Shown: positions 57,484-64,000 of the stretch, one piece after another
Numbering within the stretch: position 1 is the first letter of the stretch
Layout of the letters: every line of letters begins with the position of its first letter
From: an uncultured virus (IMG/VR IMGVR_UViG_3300030102_004953)
Taxonomy: Duplodnaviria; Heunggongvirae; Uroviricota; Caudoviricetes
Virus record (IMG/VR): IMGVR_UViG_3300030102_004953
Strand: one strand, 5' to 3'
DNA: 64,000 nucleotides
The notes under the pieces: model-generated
What the model was told of the DNA's origin: nothing
The model's database searches: none
What the model saw: only the letters and a program-made list of their open reading frames with translations
Made by a program: the position numbers and the translations under genes

Positions 57484-58278
57484 GTCTTTTTTAGCGGCTC
57501 GAATCCCGCGCCATATAGGTTAGCCGCTCTAAACTATTTAGCTAGGAATACCAACCCAACCCATATGTCAAAATGTCATATATATCTCAGGGCTTCGCGC
57601 ATAGGGATACGCTATACTTGCGCAAGCGTGTAACACACTTAATTATTCAGAGTTTTATTCATAGTTATATCAATCTGAGGATATTGAGGTATATGAGAGC
57701 GCTGAGATATTGTGTTGTATCAAACTCCATATATCAGATTAAGTGGGTAGAAGTGGGTTAATGTGGAATACGTATGGATAGTTACGACAAACCCGATTGA
57801 GTGTTTTTCGATGCCAGGAGTACCCATATTACCTTCAAAAAGGGTGCTTCCTGAGGGTGAAATATATCTCATTAGGGTTGTATTGATTAGCACTCAATCA
57901 TATATTTGATGAGGTATCTCACGCAGATGACGAATACTATTGCTAGGAATTCATCGGGGTAGGTGGTTATGAAATATTTGAGGCTTTCGATTAAGCCTTT
58001 GATGATGTGTGTATAGTCGATAATGTATTATATCGATAAGTGTCGTAGCGTGATAATAAATAGTGTTGGGAATGCTGAAAATGGGATTTGGTGAGAACTT
58101 AGATTGTGAGAGTGAACTATGGGCTAGAGGATACGGCGTTAGCCGTGTCCATTAGTGTATCTCTTATAAATCTTCTATGTCTCTTTGGAATTTTTGTATT
58201 TGCACTAAGCCCCATAGTTGTATTCCTACTATTAATAACATAATACCTACTAAGGAGCCTAGTACATTTAGTAACATT

Positions 58279-58581
58279 TTAATTAGCAACCGGCTTGTTG
58301 GCAGCTTCGTCCTCTTTTGGCTTACCGCCTGATATAACCACAATCTCTTCCAACTGTTGGTGTTCGTAGCAATAAAAGTAGTGCGTGTTAGTCATACGTA
58401 ACTTATATAGGTCCTGAACAAATACGTGTAACCTACCTCGTTCGTCCTTATAGTTGTAGAGTTTAGACTCTACCTTACTCCTATAATCTATATTCATACC
58501 GCTGAATGCTTGTATCGGTTGAGGAAATGATGAGCAACTGATTGATAGTAATAATGTGAGTGCGATGATAACGTTTTTCAT
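58279..58581 (-). CDS. Putative lipoprotein
   Basis: Signal peptide with lipobox SISC. Confidence 0.6.
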   Translation of the reverse strand: MKNVIIALTLLLSISCSSFPQPIQAFSGMNIDYRSKVESKLYNYKDERGRLHVFVQDLYKLRMTNTHYFYCYEHQQLEEIVVISGGKPKEDEAANKPVAN

Positions 58582-58611
58582 AACTAAGTATATCCTTTCT
58601 TAATTACGTCG

Positions 58612-58842
58612 TCAAGTGGTAAACATATCCCATATGTGCTTGAAGAATAACCCTACAAAACCTGTACCGATTACACCTCTCCACCTTGTGGTATTCTTTC
58701 TAAACTGAGTGTTGAGCTTCGTCTCCGCCCAAAGCCCCTCGTGTGGATTGAATAGGTTCTCTTTGATGAACTTGATATCCGCTGTGATAGTATCTATCTT
58801 ACTATGGATAACTTCAAATTCTTTTCTATCGGCTTGGTTCAA
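58612..58842 (-). CDS. Small coiled-coil protein with C-terminal hydrophobic segment
   Basis: AGGAG RBS, TTG start, TATTTAT upstream. Confidence 0.6.
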   Translation of the reverse strand: MNQADRKEFEVIHSKIDTITADIKFIKENLFNPHEGLWAETKLNTQFRKNTTRWRGVIGTGFVGLFFKHIWDMFTT

Positions 58843-58906
58843 TTTACTCTCCTAATGGGTTTCATACATAAATAGAATTTAGTCCAAAAAAATTTTTAGC
58901 CTACCA

Positions 58907-59611
58907 TCATTTATACCAAAAAACTTGTGCCAGAGTATACCTTGAGTCTAAATAGTCGTCCGATGGAGCGTTCCCACAATGAGGTATGATAGATTTAAAC
59001 AAGGCTATTCTGCCTGGCTTTGGCGTTATACTTTTTATGAGCTTAGCGTCCCTATCATATAAATCCAAGTTCCCCCCATACCAATCTTCCCAATAGTCAT
59101 TAGCGAAGTAGATTAGCGTCCATACATTATCATTCTGACTATCTGTATGTGGGTAGCTATGCATTCCTCTAGCTTGTGAGTTTACAACCTGAGAACGTAG
59201 GAATACTAAGTCCTCTGATATATTAAAGTGTTCTAGTACCCTACTATAGATGTAGTTACAGGCAAATCTTTTTTCTATGCCGCTATCGTATCTCTCATTG
59301 TGTTCACCCTCTTCCCAAGTTTTAGTCTTTGGATTGACTGAATAGTCCTTGAAGAATGAGTGAACATAACAGGCTACATCTTGTAACCCTAACTCATCGT
59401 ATACTCTGTCTGGCCATATCCTATCCGTTGATTTGTTATAGGATAATCTATTGTACTGCCAATTTATATTATTTCTGATGTGTTCGTAGAAGTTATGGAT
59501 GAATGTATCATCAAACAAATCATCCACTACATAGCAGTCATCTTCTACGTTACCTTGATATGGTGCGTTATCACCTATTTCATTCTGATTGAGTCTCATC
59601 ATCTTCCTCAT
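58907..59611 (-). CDS. 2OG-Fe(II) oxygenase
   Basis: PHTD, TLIY, YGG.L, PKPGRIALF...H...RYTL. Confidence 0.85.
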   Translation of the reverse strand: MRKMMRLNQNEIGDNAPYQGNVEDDCYVVDDLFDDTFIHNFYEHIRNNINWQYNRLSYNKSTDRIWPDRVYDELGLQDVACYVHSFFKDYSVNPKTKTWEEGEHNERYDSGIEKRFACNYIYSRVLEHFNISEDLVFLRSQVVNSQARGMHSYPHTDSQNDNVWTLIYFANDYWEDWYGGNLDLYDRDAKLIKSITPKPGRIALFKSIIPHCGNAPSDDYLDSRYTLAQVFWYK

Positions 59612-60194
59612 CGTAGATTTCTAATAACTTTCTACGAAGTACGCCTACGTTAGCTGGTGTAGTAATCGTTCTACCAGGACGTTTCATTAGGAAGAAACAA
59701 TTATAACAAATTAGTGTGATGTTATCTCTACTCATATTTTTATAGTCCCCATCGAGAAAGTTGAGTAGGTAGGGACCTTTTAAATCTTTATCTCTTACCT
59801 CATCGTATCCACAATTACTACAGGCTTGTAACAATAATCCGTTTTTGATAAGCCTCTCTTGTAGTTTGTAGTGTGGATAGTTTGGATGTTTGCCATCGAA
59901 GATATCATTTATGTTAACCGCATACATATCTTCTCTGTATCTTGGTATTCCTACACCTGATGGATTCTTTTGTTCCTCAAACACTCCGTATAGCTTAGCA
60001 TACTTTTTGTAAGTGTTATAGGACACACCAAGTAGTTTAGCAGCTTGTCTACAACTTAAAGTTTGTTTGTTAGCCCATTCTAACTGAGCTTTGTTGAATT
60101 TTGGTTTATAACCCATCTGGCGTTGTATTTTCCTCTTCCCACCACTTGTACTCACCCATAGAGTGAGGACCTTTCCATCTTGTAGCATCAGCAT
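59580..60194 (-). CDS. HTH plus degenerate HNH-like zinc protein
   Basis: AAKLLGVSYNTYKKYA; CSNC...LDGD..N....N...ICYNC; true start likely MGYKPKF. Confidence 0.6.
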   Translation of the reverse strand: MLMLQDGKVLTLWVSTSGGKRKIQRQMGYKPKFNKAQLEWANKQTLSCRQAAKLLGVSYNTYKKYAKLYGVFEEQKNPSGVGIPRYREDMYAVNINDIFDGKHPNYPHYKLQERLIKNGLLLQACSNCGYDEVRDKDLKGPYLLNFLDGDYKNMSRDNITLICYNCFFLMKRPGRTITTPANVGVLRRKLLEIYDEEDDETQSE

Positions 60195-60399
60195 CTGAAT
60201 CTAATGAAGTTACAGTACCCTCATCTAAATTTAATCTCCATTGTCGTATGCCTGTAATATCTTTTAGTGCGTTCATTAGATTATCAAGTGACCAACTATG
60301 TAAATAATCACCTTTTAAATCTTTAACAACGTCTGATACCCATTTACCATCTTCATTTCTACTGGCTACCACAACACCTAACTTCACATCTTTACTCAT
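60106..60399 (-). CDS. Hypothetical protein
   Basis: In-operon ORF. Confidence 0.5.
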   Translation of the reverse strand: MSKDVKLGVVVASRNEDGKWVSDVVKDLKGDYLHSWSLDNLMNALKDITGIRQWRLNLDEGTVTSLDSDADATRWKGPHSMGEYKWWEEENTTPDGL

Positions 60400-60403
60400 A
60401 TTA

Positions 60404-60856
60404 TCACCTACAAATTATACCAAACACTTTAACTACATCATTACCATCTAAATCATACCAACCAGCATAAATTTCAATAGTATCACCTACCATAGCTTTA
60501 GTTGGAGCGAACATAGTATTAAATATACCACTAGCATTACTATAACTAGCTGAATTGATTACTGGCACATCACTACCTTGAAAATCCCAAGTTGTGTTGG
60601 AACCCCAATAAACTTTTACTCCCTCTGCAGGTACTGAATCTCCCTCTATGTCAAACCACAATGAACCTGTAAATCTATGTAACGTTTGAGTTTTACTTCT
60701 ATCTATCGTTATACTATGGTAATTATTACTATCAGGATTACCCAACCTTAAATCTACTCTACCCTTTAATTCATATCTATCTCTATCATCAGCTAAGTTA
60801 TCTTCACAACCTGTTAGTACTAAGAATATTAAACACAACCATTTCAAATGTTTCAT
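60404..60856 (-). CDS. Putative lipoprotein
   Basis: Lipobox LTGC. Confidence 0.65.
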   Translation of the reverse strand: MKHLKWLCLIFLVLTGCEDNLADDRDRYELKGRVDLRLGNPDSNNYHSITIDRSKTQTLHRFTGSLWFDIEGDSVPAEGVKVYWGSNTTWDFQGSDVPVINSASYSNASGIFNTMFAPTKAMVGDTIEIYAGWYDLDGNDVVKVFGIICR

Positions 60857-61029
60857 TTTTTACTTTTTTCCTTTCGATAAGTAGGTGATAATGTCTTTTG
60901 TGGACCTTTCCAACCCCTATCCGAGCCCGTCTTTTTATCTGAACCATTTTTTACTTTATGACGAGATACCTCTTCTTCCATCTGCTCTTCTACCTCATCC
61001 CAATCTTCCCAATTACGTATATTAGGCAT
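60853..61029 (-). CDS. Small hypothetical protein (58 aa)
   Basis: Hand-translated MPNIRNWEDW...; GGAGG RBS; ATGA overlap with the next gene. Confidence 0.55.
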   Translation of the reverse strand: MPNIRNWEDWDEVEEQMEEEVSRHKVKNGSDKKTGSDRGWKGPQKTLSPTYRKEKSKK

Positions 61030-61041
61030 TTTTATCCTCCA

Positions 61042-61968
61042 TTACTCGTGTACAACTGGACATTTACCGTACTTATTATCTTTTGATTTAAACAACTTAT
61101 AAACACCAAAGAATTTAAGTAATTTGTGTATTAAAGTCAAGTGTTTTTTGTATTTTTTCCACTTCACTTCTGTTCTTCTCTTTTGCTTGTATATCGTGGA
61201 AAATCCACCTCTAAACTCATCTAAGTTTAGTTTATTCCAATAATCATCTTCTCCTACCGAATATACCTTCAAATCATAACTTTGTCTCTGAAATACAATA
61301 GCCTGTACCATCGGTATTCCAGCTCTACACCAACCACTCCATCTATCGCCTGATTTCCATACCACAGGAAAATTAACTTCGTGCCACATATCTGTATGAA
61401 CTAAGCCAGGTAAAACCTCAAATGGTAAATCAACATCATAGTACGATAGTGGATGAAAGAATAATGTAGATGTGCCAGGTGGTGTTTTGAACGACCAAGG
61501 TGAAATAAGCTTAACCGATGGTAAACCTGGTGGATTACTAGCAGTTGGTGAACCCCTACCACCCATATAATGTTGTCCTTCAGGATGAATATCTGTTTGA
61601 AACCAATGAGCAGAATCAGCTGCTTTGAATTGGATATGCATCTCTCCAGCATCTTCATTTATAGTTCCCATACTTGGGTCATTGCCACCCTCTTGTCCTA
61701 TTCCCCAAGCAAAATCAGCCCAATTTGGTATCATATAGGAATTACCCAATCTAAACAAATCTTGAGCAGCAGGACAAGCTTTTAGTGTCATATCGACACC
61801 TTGTACTTTATTCTTACCAAAACTAAACAAATTATTCTGATAATCTTCTGGCATCCACTTTGGCATCTTATTGAACCATTCTGGTGTTCTAACCTTGTAA
61901 GGATGTAGTCCTGCCTTACCATATTCCTCACTACATAGGTTATTCCATCTACTATAAAATTCTATCAT
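61042..61968 (-). CDS. DUF6065-like (dUTPase-fold-like) protein
   Basis: PEWF, KACPA, KLISPW..KTPPG.S.LF, PG.VHTD, AG.P.VQ. Confidence 0.55.
   Translation of the reverse strand: MIEFYSRWNNLCSEEYGKAGLHPYKVRTPEWFNKMPKWMPEDYQNNLFSFGKNKVQGVDMTLKACPAAQDLFRLGNSYMIPNWADFAWGIGQEGGNDPSMGTINEDAGEMHIQFKAADSAHWFQTDIHPEGQHYMGGRGSPTASNPPGLPSVKLISPWSFKTPPGTSTLFFHPLSYYDVDLPFEVLPGLVHTDMWHEVNFPVVWKSGDRWSGWCRAGIPMVQAIVFQRQSYDLKVYSVGEDDYWNKLNLDEFRGGFSTIYKQKRRTEVKWKKYKKHLTLIHKLLKFFGVYKLFKSKDNKYGKCPVVHE
61112..61140 (-). promoter_or_regulatory. sigma70-type promoter embedded in a CDS 3' end
   Basis: TTGACT-17-TAAATT. Confidence 0.5.
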
Positions 61969-62644
61969 AATCTAACTCTTCATACTCCTTATTCTCATAT
62001 TTATTCCACCACACATTTCCATCACCATCATTATAGCACCACGGTAACTTGTCAGTATTAAAAAAGAATACTTGAAACAATCTTTGCTCTGATAATGGGT
62101 CTTCCTCTCTTCCCCAATAGTCTAAACTACTATGGTAGTAAATACCCTCATATACAACACAACGATTGTAAACGTTGCCTAAGAAATCAATTTCTTCCCA
62201 TTTAGTTTTATCTAACCCATCTTTACCAAGTAAATCATCATAATCTTTTTTATTTATGTTTTTGTGATAAAAAGTCTCTAATGATGGTAGCTTATGGGTA
62301 TTATAACCTTTATGTCTGAATATCGATGTACCACCACTCAAAGGAGCGTTTGGTGTTAAATAGACAACAGCAGCACAAGCAGTAGCATCGTGATGTATCC
62401 AAGTTCTTTCATCCACATTAGCGACTTGAAATGCACCATTGTACGTGTTTTCATCATCACCTTTCCGATTCCAATTTTGAATTTTCATTCCAAGTGCTTC
62501 TTCAAATTGCTCTTTATGCTGTTCATTAGCGTATGGTTTAGTTCTTTTGCCCGGATAGTTACCATAAACACTATACGATTGATTTAAGGCAAATTCCCTA
62601 ACTTCATCTGGATTCTCGTAAAAATTGTCTATTATTCTAATCAT
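61952..62644 (-). CDS. DUF6445-like 2OG-Fe(II) oxygenase
   Basis: IIDNFYENPDEVR, YPGKRT, WIHHD, GGT, YNR...H, RLFQVFF. Confidence 0.75.
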   Translation of the reverse strand: MIRIIDNFYENPDEVREFALNQSYSVYGNYPGKRTKPYANEQHKEQFEEALGMKIQNWNRKGDDENTYNGAFQVANVDERTWIHHDATACAAVVYLTPNAPLSGGTSIFRHKGYNTHKLPSLETFYHKNINKKDYDDLLGKDGLDKTKWEEIDFLGNVYNRCVVYEGIYYHSSLDYWGREEDPLSEQRLFQVFFFNTDKLPWCYNDGDGNVWWNKYENKEYEELDYDRIL

Positions 62645-62862
62645 AACACTAATTTATAGTTTTTCATCTCTTCGTAAAACTCTTCTATAGTATATTTTTC
62701 ATTGTTTTCTGATACTATTTTAATTCTTTCTAATATTGGCTCTACTTCGTTTTTAACAAGCTTTTCAAGGTGATACCACCCATCGTAAGCGTAGAATTTC
62801 TTAAATGAAACTTCTCCAATTTGAATAACGTTATCTTCAGTTAACAATAAATAGTATATCAT
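62641..62862 (-). CDS. Hypothetical protein
   Basis: Overlap-coupled ORF. Confidence 0.55.
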   Translation of the reverse strand: MIYYLLLTEDNVIQIGEVSFKKFYAYDGWYHLEKLVKNEVEPILERIKIVSENNEKYTIEEFYEEMKNYKLVL

Positions 62863-64000
62863 CGTTCACAAAATATTAAATTTTTAGAATAATCCTCAAT
62901 TTTGTTTATCTTAAACTTAAATATATCTAACTCCATAGTTCCAATTTCACCACTATCTTTAATAATATCAGCTAAATTAACTATTATTTGAAAGTTCTCT
63001 TGAGTTAATTTTAAAGCATCAAACTCCACAGTAATATCATTTGTAAACTCTGAATGATATGCGTGATGTAGTTTCTCTTTCAAATCAAACATCGTGTTAG
63101 GTTGTTCGTGTGTTATATATGATTCTATCACACCTGTAAATTCACAATACAAATCTGAACACCACGGTTCTAATTCCATCATATGCTTGTAATCACAATT
63201 TTTAACTACAAAACCAATATCATACTTTGGTGGAACAATAGGCATCATCATAGAATCGTGATTCACATAATGTCCCCATTTACGAATGAAGTTTCGTGTA
63301 CTTCTCTGATTTTGTTTTAGCCACTCGTCCGTTTCTCTATTTTTCATAAAAACCTGTCCATCAGGATTTCTGACAGCACCATCCTTAAATCTACTACCAC
63401 GGCTTGTCATATGATATACAAATCCTTGCCAAGTTTGTATCAACTCATAACCATTCAGTAGAAATCTATTAAAGATATCTGAATCTTCCTTTGATTGCGG
63501 TGCATACAAAGGATCGTGTCCGCCTATCTCTTGAAAATCTTTTTTGTATATAGCCCACGGTGCGAATATACCACTTGTTGGTTTTTTAGTTGTATCTGTT
63601 TTATTCACGAACTCCATCAGTTTATGTTCATCAAACTCCTCTGGTTCGATACCACAATCCCAAAGTATTTTTTCAGGACCATCAGGATGTAGTGGTGGCT
63701 CTATTCTTGTAGCCGACACTACAGTGCCAGGTATCAAGTGTTTTAGAACTTGTCTATCCATATCAGGACAAGCATACATATCAGCGTGATATATCATCAC
63801 AATATCATTTGTAGCGTACTCGTTAACTAACGTATCATATAGAATAGTGTGTCCTAACCTCTCAGGACCTTCGTTTCTGTGTATCTTAACGTTAGGGTCT
63901 TTTTTTGCTATCTCTTGCATCCATTCCCAAGTACCATCATCTGAAAAATCATCTGCCCAACAAATCTCGTGGTAGTATCCTAAATTCTTTCTGATACTAT
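62859..64000 (-). CDS. Family 2 glycosyltransferase (partial, starts beyond the right edge)
   Basis: Frame open to the window end with ADDFSDDGT; HAD, GGHD, EDSD, VYH. Confidence 0.85.
   Translation of the reverse strand, partial: SIRKNLGYYHEICWADDFSDDGTWEWMQEIAKKDPNVKIHRNEGPERLGHTILYDTLVNEYATNDIVMIYHADMYACPDMDRQVLKHLIPGTVVSATRIEPPLHPDGPEKILWDCGIEPEEFDEHKLMEFVNKTDTTKKPTSGIFAPWAIYKKDFQEIGGHDPLYAPQSKEDSDIFNRFLLNGYELIQTWQGFVYHMTSRGSRFKDGAVRNPDGQVFMKNRETDEWLKQNQRSTRNFIRKWGHYVNHDSMMMPIVPPKYDIGFVVKNCDYKHMMELEPWCSDLYCEFTGVIESYITHEQPNTMFDLKEKLHHAYHSEFTNDITVEFDALKLTQENFQIIVNLADIIKDSGEIGTMELDIFKFKINKIEDYSKNLIFCER

Noticed and set aside
59580..60194. Active HNH homing endonuclease/mobile element
   Set aside because: Catalytic His positions appear replaced (LLNF..., CYNCF); no intron context
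1450..63789. Most plus-strand ORFs in the track (e.g. 1450-1707, 15963-16490, 34886-35434)
   Set aside because: Antisense shadows of well-supported minus-strand genes, with no RBS or recognisable motifs
1..64000. Genome-wide stop-codon reassignment (TAG/TGA)
   Set aside because: Code 11 gives near-complete coding density; TAG and TGA end genes at natural boundaries followed by RBS/ATG; no suppressor tRNA seen
1..64000. CRISPR array, DGR/reverse transcriptase, integrase or IS element
   Set aside because: The only dispersed repeats are promoter motifs; no repeat-spacer periodicity and no RT, transposase or integrase motifs were seen

Overview
This window is an AT-rich, gene-dense segment of a large contractile-tailed (myovirus-like) phage genome, with almost every gene on the minus strand. 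From left to right it contains: an Mre11/Rad50 (SbcD-SbcC) fusion, a primase and a resolvase-like nuclease; a baseplate/tail module (gp25-, gp6-, gpI/gp7- and gp5/gpV-like genes); a phage sigma factor; an HD hydrolase / glycosyltransferase / Mom-like / DruA-like cluster; putative internal head proteins; and auxiliary genes (peptide deformylase, UvsE, J-domain, Hsp20, thioredoxin, CysC, a sulfotransferase-like gene and 7-8 2OG-Fe(II) oxygenases). Many small early genes sit behind a repeated sigma70-type promoter. The most unusual content is non-coding. (i) A tRNA/tmRNA cluster whose tmRNA encodes a 39-codon tag. (ii) A ~400-nt highly structured RNA of no family I recognise. (iii) A promoter-driven RNA operon at 56.7-57.3 kb, in which a 6S-like rod is flanked by two aberrant tRNA-like RNAs and followed by a non-canonical tRNA-Gly. 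All calls come from motif reading and hand-folding; no database searches were run.
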